NCBI GenBank assembly: GCA_905188025.1
Contig: CAJJKI010000001.1
Span: 86,615 to 150,614 of the forward strand
Length of the DNA: 64,000 bases
Source: an uncultured Eubacteriales bacterium
GTDB lineage: Bacteria > Bacillota_I > Bacilli_A > RF39 > UBA660
Reading direction: 5' to 3'
The notes under the pieces were generated by a model. That model had not been told where the DNA came from. It ran no database searches and saw nothing but the letters and a program-made list of their open reading frames with translations. The position numbers and the translations under genes were made by a program. Positions 1 through 9,595 of this stretch are shown here, in pieces (the stretch's first letter is position 1; every line of letters starts with the position of its first letter).

Positions 1-1712
1 ATACTTAATAACATCTTATCACAAAACTCACTTATTCTAGTAAAATCTTCCATATGGATAAAAACTTTTACCATATTATTTGATGCTTCTATGTATTCTT
101 TTTCCTTCTCTTCATTCTTCGAAGAAGATCTACTATTTTTTAAATAATTCAATATCTTATTTTTTAAACTATTAGCTATTTCATTCTTAACTATTTCACT
201 ATCATCTCTATGATGAACCGTTACATAATCATTAACATATGAATATAAAGATCTCACATTTTCTCCATCAAATAATTCCTTTATTACCATTTCATCATCA
301 AGACTTTCTAATAATTTTAATATACTAGATATTTTTCCATCTTTTTGTTTATATATTTCATAACTTCTTTCTTTTTTTATTTTCTCTATTCCTAAAGTAA
401 TATTCATTAACTCATGATTATGTTTATTCCCATATTCAACTAATAAATATATAACCCTATCATAAGGAACATCCCATCTATTAGTTAAATTTATCGTATC
501 AGTATAACTATAATTATTCTTAGATAATACCTGATAAAAATACTCTCCTATTTTCTCTTGTATCTCTATATATTCTCCACCACCAAGCCATTCATACAAC
601 TCTTTATGCTTATTAGATTTATTTAACCATTCAATAAGTTTTTTATCATATCTAACTTTATTTCTTTTTTTATTCCATTCGTCTTCTGAGATGTTTAATA
701 CATCATGTACATATTTATTCAAATATAATGACAAAGTACTATAACTAATCCCCAATGTTTCAGCATATTCCCTAAGTTTAGTTGGATCAAAATCAACACT
801 CTCAGCATAGTTATAACACATTTTATATAAATTTTCTCTAAATTCTTGATAAGTATTTCCTCTACAACATTCATAAGCCTTCTTTCTTTCAAAAGATCCA
901 TTTATCCAATTAGTTATTCTCCTATCAAGCCCATCTTTATCTTTTTTAATAAGAAGTTCCTTATATTCTTCATTAGACATTCCTAAATACTGTTTCGCAT
1001 AAATCCTAATATATCCAAATACTGTACTATAACTTAAATCAAAAACCTTTCCAAGATTTTTAATCTTATCACGGTCAAATCCTACTTTTTTAGCATATTC
1101 ATAACAACATTTTAATAATCTTTCTCTAAATTCTTGGTAAGTCTCTCCGCCAAGTTCTTGATAACAACGTTCCCTTCTTGAAGAAAAACTACGCCATTTA
1201 GTAAAAGCAGCTTTTTGTTTACTTTCATCTACTTCTTTAAAATTATTATCAAGCAATTCAAAATCAGCTAATCCCAAAAAAATTTTCGTATATATCTTTG
1301 CATAACCTATAAATTTCCTATATGACAATCCTAATTCCACTGCTCTATTACGAATCATTTCTTTATCATACAATACTTCTTCACAATATTCATAGCAATA
1401 TTTAACTAACTTAATTTCAAATTCTTTACAATTACTAACTTCTAATTCTTCATATAACTTTTTCATATTTACATTATTCTTAATTAAATTATTAAGTTCT
1501 TTTACATTAATTATATCAATACTATTTTTGCTATTCACTAACATATCCCAACTATCACTACTATTACCTAAAACATATATATAATAGTTCTTAGCATACT
1601 CAATTACTTTATCTATAGTGATATCATACTTCCTAGATATATTTCCTAGTTTACTATAATCATAATTGCATTTTTCAAATTCATCATAGCATTCCTTATA
1701 CATTTTTATCAT
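1..1712 (-). CDS. hypothetical protein built of tandem HTH-like repeat modules; 3' end runs off the window (not in ORF track)
   Basis: Manual translation from ATG 1710-1712 (SD GGGGGA upstream) stays open to position 1. Repeated motif Y-(Q/E)-EF-R-E-x-L-x-K-C-Y-x-YA...(L/F)-SYST...Y occurs about 3-4 times. Confidence 0.6.
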   Translation of the reverse strand, partial: MIKMYKECYDEFEKCNYDYSKLGNISRKYDITIDKVIEYAKNYYIYVLGNSSDSWDMLVNSKNSIDIINVKELNNLIKNNVNMKKLYEELEVSNCKEFEIKLVKYCYEYCEEVLYDKEMIRNRAVELGLSYRKFIGYAKIYTKIFLGLADFELLDNNFKEVDESKQKAAFTKWRSFSSRRERCYQELGGETYQEFRERLLKCCYEYAKKVGFDRDKIKNLGKVFDLSYSTVFGYIRIYAKQYLGMSNEEYKELLIKKDKDGLDRRITNWINGSFERKKAYECCRGNTYQEFRENLYKMCYNYAESVDFDPTKLREYAETLGISYSTLSLYLNKYVHDVLNISEDEWNKKRNKVRYDKKLIEWLNKSNKHKELYEWLGGGEYIEIQEKIGEYFYQVLSKNNYSYTDTINLTNRWDVPYDRVIYLLVEYGNKHNHELMNITLGIEKIKKERSYEIYKQKDGKISSILKLLESLDDEMVIKELFDGENVRSLYSYVNDYVTVHHRDDSEIVKNEIANSLKNKILNYLKNSRSSSKNEEKEKEYIEASNNMVKVFIHMEDFTRISEFCDKMLLS

Positions 1713-1736
1713 AATATCCCCCTAAAACAGTTAATT

Positions 1737-1765
1737 ATTCTAGCACACTATCGTTCGCTTGTCAA
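1737..1765 (-). promoter_or_regulatory. sigma-A type promoter, TTGACA-17-TAGAAT
   Basis: Minus strand: -35 TTGACA at 1760-1765, 17-nt spacer, -10 TAGAAT at 1737-1742, about 25 nt upstream of the ATG at 1712. Confidence 0.5.
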
Positions 1766-1807
1766 GATTATCTCATAGAAAAAGAGTACTACTGTACTCC
1801 AAAATAT

Positions 1808-3112
1808 CTATCTATTTTCTTCCAAATATTTCTTAAGTTCTTCTAAACTATAAGTATATTCTATCTTTTTATCCATATCTTTTATCTTATAGTTATTACT
1901 ATTAACTTCATCAGATCCTACTATCATAACATAATGAATATTTTCTCTATCAGCATATTCAAAACATTTACCTATCTTCTTTTTCTTCATTTCAATAAGT
2001 ACACGATATCCCATTCTTCTAAACTCATCAGCTAATTTCAAAGTAGCTACTCTTTCATTCTCTTCCCCAAATGGTACCATATATATATCTATAAGTCTAG
2101 GAGTATTCTGACTCTCTTTAAGGATAACAAATATTGGTTCTAATCCAAAAGATAATCCACATGCTGGATACTTTTCACCATTATCCATAAAATTAGTAAT
2201 AATCTTATCATATCTTCCTCCAGCTCCAATAGCACAACTTATTCTTTGTAATTTATCATAAAATTCAAATACAACACCTGTATAAATAGATAATCCACGT
2301 GCTAAAGTAGGAGTAAATCTACAATCATCAATTATTCCCAATTCCGCTAAATAACCATTAAGTTCTTTAATTTCTGAAAGACCTTCCTCAAATAAATTCT
2401 TAGCGTCTATCTTATCTTCATCAAACACTATCGTTTCATAATCTTCTAATTTCTTACTAAATAAATCAAATAATTTAGAAATAACTATATCACTAAGACC
2501 TATCTCTTTTAACATATCATTCAATTCTTCTCTAGATACTTTTTCTAGCTTATCAATAACTCCAATTACTTTATCTATATCTTTATCATCTACTCCACTA
2601 GCTAAAATAATACCACTCATAAGTTTACGATTATTATATTTAACATATATATCTATTCCTAATTCACGATAAGTATTAATAGCCATAAGTATTTGCTCTG
2701 CTTCAATATATCTATTATCTATTCCCACTACATCGACATCACATTGATAAAACTCTCTAGTTCTTCCCATCTTAACTGGCCCATTTCTAAATACTCTTCC
2801 TATCTCATATCTTCTAAAAGGTAAAGATAATCCCTTATTAAGCCCAACTACTTTACAAAAAGGTACCGTCAAATCATATCTAAGTCCTAAATCTCTATCT
2901 CCTTGATCAGTTAAGTGATATATCTCACTAAGAATTTCTGCATCATCATTATATTTATAACTAAGCAAATCATAATAATTTAACATTGGAGTCTCTATCG
3001 GTAAATATCCATACTTTTCAAAATTACTTCTAAGAATATCCGTAATCTTATTTCTAATAGCCATATCCTGTGGCATATAATCAAAAGTACCCTTAACATT
3101 CATAAGTTTCAT
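1808..3112 (-). CDS. hisS: histidine--tRNA ligase
   Basis: Class II aaRS motifs (LRYDLTVPF, FRRYEIGRVFRNGPVKMGRTREFYQCDVD). Start re-set to ATG 3112, 9 nt after GAGGAA; the track start is a GTG. Confidence 0.9.
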   Translation of the reverse strand: MKLMNVKGTFDYMPQDMAIRNKITDILRSNFEKYGYLPIETPMLNYYDLLSYKYNDDAEILSEIYHLTDQGDRDLGLRYDLTVPFCKVVGLNKGLSLPFRRYEIGRVFRNGPVKMGRTREFYQCDVDVVGIDNRYIEAEQILMAINTYRELGIDIYVKYNNRKLMSGIILASGVDDKDIDKVIGVIDKLEKVSREELNDMLKEIGLSDIVISKLFDLFSKKLEDYETIVFDEDKIDAKNLFEEGLSEIKELNGYLAELGIIDDCRFTPTLARGLSIYTGVVFEFYDKLQRISCAIGAGGRYDKIITNFMDNGEKYPACGLSFGLEPIFVILKESQNTPRLIDIYMVPFGEENERVATLKLADEFRRMGYRVLIEMKKKKIGKCFEYADRENIHYVMIVGSDEVNSNNYKIKDMDKKIEYTYSLEELKKYLEENR

Positions 3113-3169
3113 ATATATCACTTCCTCACATAAAATTATATCATAATTTAAAGAAAAAAGATATAAGTA

Positions 3170-4000
3170 TTATGATACACTTACTATCTTTTGTGTCGTA
3201 ATCTTTATACTACCTATTCCCCCATCAAGTAAAATCTTATTTCTTCCTGTTCCATATATTCCATCATCATACATTTCTTCACCATTATAAGTAGCACTAC
3301 CTATACCTTTATCTATTGAAACAGTATACTCATCATCAAACAAGTTAACTACTAAAGCCCCTACTCCAGCATTAATCTTATTTTCTCCTCTTAAATATCC
3401 TGAAAAAGTAACTTTACCAGCACCCATATCCAAGTCCATATCATTAACAGTAGCTTTAACTATTTCCATAGCTCCAGCTCCTCCATTAACTTCCATCTCA
3501 CTATATACTTCTATATCCTCTAGTCTTACCTTTCCTGCTCCTAATTCAAGTGATAAATCTTCAGTTTTCAACCCATTAATTTCTACCTTACCAGCACCAT
3601 TATCTATATCAATATCTTTAAATCTATAATCATTAGGAATAAAAATATATAAGTCACCAGAATATCTATCTAACATACTATGATCTTCTTCATAAATATA
3701 TAATGTATCCTTATCCATTCTACTTTTAATATATTTATTATTAGTACCAACACTAAATTTATCACCTTGTTTAATAATTATATTTGTTCTCTTTACTGAT
3801 ATATCTAACTTCTCACTTATCTTAGCTTCAGTTATTTCTACAGTATTCTCATAATTAGTATCTTCTTCATATGAATTATCATTATCAACTATATTTCCTA
3901 ATAACATAACTCCATAACATATCATAGATATAATACTAACTGTTAAAAATATTGCAAAACCCATAGCCAAGTATTTAATCATCTTTGCCACGTTTGTCAC
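3170..4000 (-). CDS. membrane-anchored DUF4097-like beta-repeat protein (putative adhesin fold)
   Basis: N-terminal TM helix, then repeated (D/N)xGAGK(V) beta-strand repeats (NGAGKVEI, LGAGKVRL, GGAGAMEI, MGAGKVTF, DGGIGSIKI). Confidence 0.55.
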   Translation of the reverse strand: MTNVAKMIKYLAMGFAIFLTVSIISMICYGVMLLGNIVDNDNSYEEDTNYENTVEITEAKISEKLDISVKRTNIIIKQGDKFSVGTNNKYIKSRMDKDTLYIYEEDHSMLDRYSGDLYIFIPNDYRFKDIDIDNGAGKVEINGLKTEDLSLELGAGKVRLEDIEVYSEMEVNGGAGAMEIVKATVNDMDLDMGAGKVTFSGYLRGENKINAGVGALVVNLFDDEYTVSIDKGIGSATYNGEEMYDDGIYGTGRNKILLDGGIGSIKITTQKIVSVS

Positions 4001-4673
4001 AAATAGTCACTCCTCCAAACATACAAGTAGCATCTATATACACAGTTGTTTTTTCATCATAGTTTTTATCTTCTCTCTCATCAGCTACTCCTCCAAATAT
4101 TGGCATTGATGATATTTTAACATTCACATCACTAGGAACATAAACAGTTATTCCTCCAAAAATAGCATTAGCTTTAATAAGAACGGTATCTTTAATAATA
4201 GCCTTTCTTATATCACACTTAATTCCTCCAAAAATAGCATTAAGTTCACAACCCTCAAACTTTTCTTTTGTAAAATCTAAATCTTGTCCACCAAAAATAG
4301 CTCCATATTCCTGAGTATCTTTATTATTTATTTTTTTAATCTCTTTTCTCACTTTATTACCAATAGTATCCTTAAATATAATCGATAAACCTACTAGTAT
4401 TAAAATAACTGGTAACAATAGTTTCCATAAAACTTCAAATCTAACTATACCACGGCATCCTAATAATAAAGCTACACCTACAGCAATACCTATTAAACTA
4501 CCTGACTTATCTTCATCAGTAAATAGTCCAATAAAGCAAGGAATAATTATAAATAAAGTCCACCATCCAGCAAAGAAAATATCTATCTTTCCTATTCCTA
4601 AAGCATTAATACCTACAATAACTCCTATCACTATCAACAATAATCCCCATATTAAATTTTTCTTTTTCATCAT
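3975..4673 (-). CDS. LiaF-like cell-wall-stress membrane protein (DUF2154-like C-terminus)
   Basis: Four N-terminal TM helices, then repeated xIFGG motifs (AIFGGQ, AIFGGI, AIFGGIT, PIFGGV, CMFGGV). Confidence 0.5.
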   Translation of the reverse strand: MMKKKNLIWGLLLIVIGVIVGINALGIGKIDIFFAGWWTLFIIIPCFIGLFTDEDKSGSLIGIAVGVALLLGCRGIVRFEVLWKLLLPVILILVGLSIIFKDTIGNKVRKEIKKINNKDTQEYGAIFGGQDLDFTKEKFEGCELNAIFGGIKCDIRKAIIKDTVLIKANAIFGGITVYVPSDVNVKISSMPIFGGVADEREDKNYDEKTTVYIDATCMFGGVTICDKRGKDD

Positions 4674-4768
4674 ATTCCTCTCTTTCTATATATTATCATT
4701 CCCAATCACTTATTCCAAGTAACAATATAATAATACCACAATTAATACAATTTTTCCATCATATCTTC

Positions 4769-5758
4769 TTAATTATTCTTACATTCATTCTTTCTCATAT
4801 TATAAAATTCATTATGTAATTCATTAACCCTCTTATGAATATCCCTCACTATATCCTCATAATCTTCTTCTCCATAAGTAGTTAAAACAGATATATTATA
4901 AACTGCTCCATCTTCAAATACTATTCCAACATCATGATAATTACTTCCATACCATCCATATTTATGAGCTACATTATTCTCTTCTTCAAGAGTTAAATAT
5001 AAAGAATTATAAAGAGTATTCATCATTGATTCTTCTAACATTTTACCATATTCAGTACCATTACCAATTAATTTATAAGCATGTCTTAAATACATATTAG
5101 TATCCATTACAGTTTGACTACCATAAGTATCATCTCCCTGTAAAGTATATTTAGCTCCTATACTCTCTCCATATCTAATAAGCTTATCCCTTCCAATATA
5201 ATCATATAACATAGCATGAGCAGTATTATCACTATATCTAACAACATAATCAGCTAACTTTTTAAAAGATACCTTATCACCATATCTATATTCATCCATC
5301 CCTATACTATAATCATTCTTATATTTAGAAGTATAAATCATCTCATCATTTATATTAATACTTCCTAAAATAGCCTCATCATATATATACATTGCCTCAA
5401 GTAATTTAATTAAACTAGCTCCATAATATATTTCATTTTCTCTATACCCATAACTAAACCCAGTATTAGTATCTTCATAATATACACTAATTCTATATCT
5501 ATAATTACTCTTAAAATAATTATTCAACTCTTCTATCTTATTACTAATCATCAAAGTATTATCTTCTTCTGAATACCCTTTCAAAATACAATCAGTATAT
5601 TCTTTAGTCATCTCTAATTCTTCATGTATACTTAAATAATTATTATTCTCCTCACCAAGCATTTTCTCTATCTTTTTAAAATAAATTGTCATAAAAGTAC
5701 TATAGATTACTAGGAATAATCCAAAAATTAAAAATAAATATTTCCCTTTACTACTCAT
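4769..5758 (-). CDS. class A beta-lactamase-related serine hydrolase, membrane anchored
   Basis: N-terminal TM. S-x-x-K (GASLIKL), SDN (YSDNTAH) and a K-x-G-like (HKYGWYG) motif in the expected order. Confidence 0.55.
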   Translation of the reverse strand: MSSKGKYLFLIFGLFLVIYSTFMTIYFKKIEKMLGEENNNYLSIHEELEMTKEYTDCILKGYSEEDNTLMISNKIEELNNYFKSNYRYRISVYYEDTNTGFSYGYRENEIYYGASLIKLLEAMYIYDEAILGSININDEMIYTSKYKNDYSIGMDEYRYGDKVSFKKLADYVVRYSDNTAHAMLYDYIGRDKLIRYGESIGAKYTLQGDDTYGSQTVMDTNMYLRHAYKLIGNGTEYGKMLEESMMNTLYNSLYLTLEEENNVAHKYGWYGSNYHDVGIVFEDGAVYNISVLTTYGEEDYEDIVRDIHKRVNELHNEFYNMRKNECKNN

Positions 5759-5799
5759 ACTAACTCCATAACTATAATACCAAAACCTATCCTAATTTA

Positions 5800-5828
5800 A
5801 TTATAACAAACTATCAGTATCGTGTAAA
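5800..5828 (-). promoter_or_regulatory. promoter, TTTACA-17-TATAAT with TGt extended -10
   Basis: Minus strand: TTTACA 5823-5828, 17-nt spacer, TGTTATAAT ending at 5800; about 40 nt upstream of the start at 5758. Confidence 0.5.
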
Positions 5829-6026
5829 GAAAAATACAAGTCACAAAGTTTCTACTCTATAAAATACTATTTATTATTTTCTAAAAACCATTTATCCTTA
5901 ATAAATGAATTCATTACTAATATTTGATTAGTAATATTATTTTACCCTCTATTGATAAGCAAACTATGACTTTATACTATGCTATTTTATACTTTCGAAC
6001 AACTAATCATTTTCTATAGTATTTTT

Positions 6027-6692
6027 TTAAATAAATATTTCATCTAAATTTGAAAAATGTATCAGTTTCAGTAAAATAAGTGATAAATTATATGAAATCC
6101 ATTCTATATCTAAACAATTACCTGCAAAAAAAGCATTATTTTTATATTCTGGATATCTAAAATATTCAGAATTACTACCTTCAATAAATTCACAATAATT
6201 ACTGCAAAATTCTTTTACACAATTCATATAGTTATCTTTAATATTACATTTTTCAAATAGCAAATTTGACAATACCCCTAAATTGTGTTCATTTTTAACA
6301 TAGTCAGCTTTTTTAAGCAATAAGTATTTAATTCCAATTTCAATTGCATGTCTTCCAATATAGACAGTAACTATTGAATTTGGAAGTATATCTGTAAGAT
6401 TACTAAATGCATTTATATATTCTAACCAATAATTTTCCCACAATAAAATTTTATCTTCTTTTTTCAAATCTTTCTCTGTTCCATTGAATGAATATAAGCA
6501 CCCTAAAACGTTTTCTATATTTTCTTTACTAGAAATACTATTTTTTCTTGATTTTTCAGCAAAGGTTTTACCATTAATATTATTAAATATTGGCGATTTG
6601 CCATAATTTATATGTGCTGCAGAAAAAACGCAATCTAATTGTATAATTTCCGTATAATTAAAATTCTCACCATATTTCTTAAAAATTTTCAT
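6027..6692 (-). CDS. hypothetical protein (possible HEPN-like helical protein), co-transcribed with the DUF1016 nuclease
   Basis: Intact 221-aa ORF 19 nt downstream of the DUF1016 gene. The segment GRHAIEIGIKYLLLK...NEHNLGVLSNLL resembles the HEPN helix pair. No family recognised with certainty. Confidence 0.45.
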   Translation of the reverse strand: MKIFKKYGENFNYTEIIQLDCVFSAAHINYGKSPIFNNINGKTFAEKSRKNSISSKENIENVLGCLYSFNGTEKDLKKEDKILLWENYWLEYINAFSNLTDILPNSIVTVYIGRHAIEIGIKYLLLKKADYVKNEHNLGVLSNLLFEKCNIKDNYMNCVKEFCSNYCEFIEGSNSEYFRYPEYKNNAFFAGNCLDIEWISYNLSLILLKLIHFSNLDEIFI

Positions 6693-6711
6693 ATATATAC
6701 CTCATAATATT

Positions 6712-7725
6712 TTATAAATCATCACTTTCTTCTATATCAAAATATAAATTTATTTCTTCCTCTGTTGGTAGTTTATCTAATAACTCTTTTGGTAATTGCT
6801 CTTTTAATTTATAAGTTGAAACGCCAATAGGAACATTTGTAGATTTTAAAGACCAATCCACTGTTAGTCTATTTTTTCCTCTACATAATAATAAACCAAT
6901 AGTGGGAGTGTCACATTCTCTTTTTATCATCTCATTAATTGCTGTTACATAAAATCCTAATTGTCCTATATAATCCGGTTTAAATTCACTTGTTTTTAAT
7001 TCAACAACTACGTAACATCTAAGCTCTAAATGATAAAATAACAAATCAATATAGAAGTCTTGATTGTCAACAGAAATTTTGTATTGATTTCCAACAAAAC
7101 TAAAACCCTTACCTAACTCTAATAATACATTTCTTATTTTTGTTATCAATGCAGCTTCCAATTCTTTTTCTCTATATTCTTCCCTTAATGTAATAAAATC
7201 AAAAATATATGGATCTTTTAGGGTATTATTCACTAAATCACTATCTTTCGGAGGCAACATTGTATTAAAGTTATTATTACTATTTCCTATTCTTTTATGA
7301 AATTCTGTTTCGATTTGAATAGCTAATACACTTCTACTCCAACCATTTTTAATAGTGTTTTCAGCATATATTAGCCTAATATCTTTATTTTTAATTTTTT
7401 CAATTAATAACAAATTATGTCCCCAAGGTAATTTGGCAACAAGTTGTTGCCATTTTTCATCATCAGCATACTCATCATAAAATAATCTCATTGATCTTAT
7501 ATTTCTTTCAGAAAATCCTTTCATATTAGGAAAAGTTAATTTAAGTTCCGTTGATACTTGCTTCGTAAAATTATTTCCATATTGTTTGTTTTCAGAAATA
7601 ATTTTTCCTAATTTAAAATACAACATAATTAAATTACTATTAACTTCTTGCATAGTTTTAATTTGTGTATTTATAATTTCTTCTTTAATATTACTAATAA
7701 TATTTTTAAAATTATTTTCTAACAT
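6712..7725 (-). CDS. YhcG/DUF1016 family PD-(D/E)xK nuclease
   Basis: Typical DUF1016 N-terminus (NxxMLYFKLGKII...GFSERNIRSMRLFY, LPWGHN) and a C-terminal nuclease core (FYIDLLFYH...VVVELKT). Confidence 0.8.
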   Translation of the reverse strand: MLENNFKNIISNIKEEIINTQIKTMQEVNSNLIMLYFKLGKIISENKQYGNNFTKQVSTELKLTFPNMKGFSERNIRSMRLFYDEYADDEKWQQLVAKLPWGHNLLLIEKIKNKDIRLIYAENTIKNGWSRSVLAIQIETEFHKRIGNSNNNFNTMLPPKDSDLVNNTLKDPYIFDFITLREEYREKELEAALITKIRNVLLELGKGFSFVGNQYKISVDNQDFYIDLLFYHLELRCYVVVELKTSEFKPDYIGQLGFYVTAINEMIKRECDTPTIGLLLCRGKNRLTVDWSLKSTNVPIGVSTYKLKEQLPKELLDKLPTEEEINLYFDIEESDDL

Positions 7726-7798
7726 AATTCACACCCTTTCTATTAATTCTTATAAGTTATATATTCATGTTTATTTAGAGACTTTTTATAAAAATAAT

Positions 7799-8359
7799 TC
7801 AAAAATGTAAAAACCATTTAGCAAAATCATGAAAATAATTATCTGTTTCTTTCCACCATTTTAATTTTTCATCAAGACTTAAACTTCCATAATTAGTCTT
7901 TTGACCATCAATATTCATTAGTTTATCCATAACACTACCAACTCCTTTTGGAGTCATTCTAATTTCAAACTCAGTATCCATTCTAAAAGTTTTAACATTT
8001 CCGTTTGGTTCTGCATACGCCAAAACTTCAATTGCTTTTCCATGTCTATTAGTCTTATCTTCCAACAATTTTAAAATTCCCTCTGTTCCCAACTGTTCAA
8101 ACACATACTTACCAAACGCTCCAGGAAAACCATTCAAAGCATCTATCTCAAATCCCACATCACTTTTAATAACTGGCTGATTTATCATTCTAGAAGCTTG
8201 TAAAGCACTCTTAAATGCTATATTTTAAATATTGGTATCTTGAATCTCATCAACATTTTCTAATATTACATTTTCAACATTAATATCATATAATCCAAGT
8301 ACTGATTGAGCTATTTCTAGTTTATGCTTATTACCTGTCACAAAAATTATCTTTTTCAT
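7799..8359 (-). pseudogene. ITPA/Ham1-type non-canonical purine NTP pyrophosphatase interrupted by an in-frame TAA
   Basis: ATG 8359 (SD AGGAGGA) gives MKKIIFVTGNKHKLEIAQ..., then TAA at 8225-8227. The same frame continues into track ORF 7799-8188 (ALNGFPGAFGKYVFEQLG). 187 codons in total. Confidence 0.7.
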
Positions 8360-8494
8360 TTTGATTCCTCCTAAAATTAGTACCATCAAAAGTTCCTATA
8401 AAATAAAACAATTCTCTTCTTATTTATCATTCTAATATATTATGAAATTATTAGTACTTAACTGTTTATATACCCATGTTGCACTTACAACCTC

Positions 8495-8523
8495 AATATA
8501 TCATATGAACATATGTTTGTCAA
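8495..8523 (-). promoter_or_regulatory. promoter TTGACA-17-TATATT with an embedded GAAC-N4-GTTT palindrome
   Basis: Minus strand: -35 at 8518-8523, -10 at 8495-8500. Spacer contains AACATATGTT (plus strand GAACATATGTTT, 8507-8518). About 90% identical to the promoter at 34609-34637. Confidence 0.6.
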
Positions 8524-8614
8524 GAAAATTAACTAATTTTATTAAATTTTTTTATAAATAAAAAAATAGCCTTTAAAATAAAGCTATTTAATTACTCAAA
8601 AATTCTTTTGTTTA

Positions 8615-9286
8615 CTATCTATTTTTATGTTTGTAATCTCTTTTATTATTTTTAACACACTTTATTATTCTATTTAATATTTCATCTCTATCAAATGAAG
8701 TATCAAAAGTCCTAATTCCATATCTTTTAAACATTTCATCAAAATACTTATTCCTTTCAATAAAATATCTAACATTTTCCTTTAACTCTTTATCACTACA
8801 CCAGTATGTCCAATCATCTTCTGTATCATATTTTTTTATACACTCAAATAATTGTTGTTCCGTAATATCATTAAATGTTAATCCAATAATTTCATACTTA
8901 TCTCTATACATATTACTTTGTAAAAATGGTATCAATTGTTCAAAATCAATATGTGTACCCTCAATAACAAATTTAATTCCATCATAAAAAGTTGAACCTT
9001 CCGATAATTCAGTTAAATATTTAATTAAAAATGGTGCCAATCTTTTAGCAGTATCTATTGCATCTCCATCATGGTGTATTTGTAATTCAGGATACGCTTC
9101 AAAACCACTAACTATATCATCAATACTAATTAAACTATAACCCTTTTCTTTAGCAATTCTTTTTGCTAATGTTGTCTTCCCACTTCTTGCCGGTCCTAAT
9201 ATCAATATATTCTTACCAACTATTTTCTTTTCAAAATAATCATTATCTTCTTCATCAAAAACACCAAAACTGCTATCCATATCCAT
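8615..9286 (-). CDS. P-loop NTPase / kinase-like ATP-binding protein
   Basis: Walker A motif ILILGPARSGKTTLAKRIA. Size and layout resemble small nucleotide/adenylate-kinase-like proteins. Specific family not recognised. Confidence 0.55.
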   Translation of the reverse strand: MDMDSSFGVFDEEDNDYFEKKIVGKNILILGPARSGKTTLAKRIAKEKGYSLISIDDIVSGFEAYPELQIHHDGDAIDTAKRLAPFLIKYLTELSEGSTFYDGIKFVIEGTHIDFEQLIPFLQSNMYRDKYEIIGLTFNDITEQQLFECIKKYDTEDDWTYWCSDKELKENVRYFIERNKYFDEMFKRYGIRTFDTSFDRDEILNRIIKCVKNNKRDYKHKNR

Positions 9287-9331
9287 CTAAATCAACTCCA
9301 TCATAAACATAAAATATTCTATATCATCAAA

Positions 9332-9595
9332 TTAATTACCCTTATTTTTCTTTTTCTCCCAAATTTTTCTAATTTTATTTAATGATAATGTAGATAAAAC
9401 AAAACCAATAACTGGCACTAAAGAACTCAAAAATATATTATTAATTTTATTTATAGAAAATGAATATAAAACTACTACAATATATGTAAGTATCATAATA
9501 CATATTTTTCTCGTCCAACTAGTCTCCCATTCTTTATCCAACTCAACCTTCTTATTTCTAACAAGTATCTTTTCTATTTCTCTTTTAATATCCAA
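9332..9595 (-). CDS. small two-TM membrane protein (TTG start)
   Basis: 87-aa ORF with two hydrophobic helices. Its SD/start region is 20/21 nt identical to that of the downstream P-loop gene. Confidence 0.45.
   Translation of the reverse strand: MDIKREIEKILVRNKKVELDKEWETSWTRKICIMILTYIVVVLYSFSINKINNIFLSSLVPVIGFVLSTLSLNKIRKIWEKKKNKGN

Noticed and set aside
5913-5935. Hairpin ATTACTAAT-atttg-ATTAGTAAT downstream of the 221-aa gene, considered as a terminator.
   Set aside because: The stem is entirely A/T and has no convincing T-run on the minus strand. This is too weak to call.
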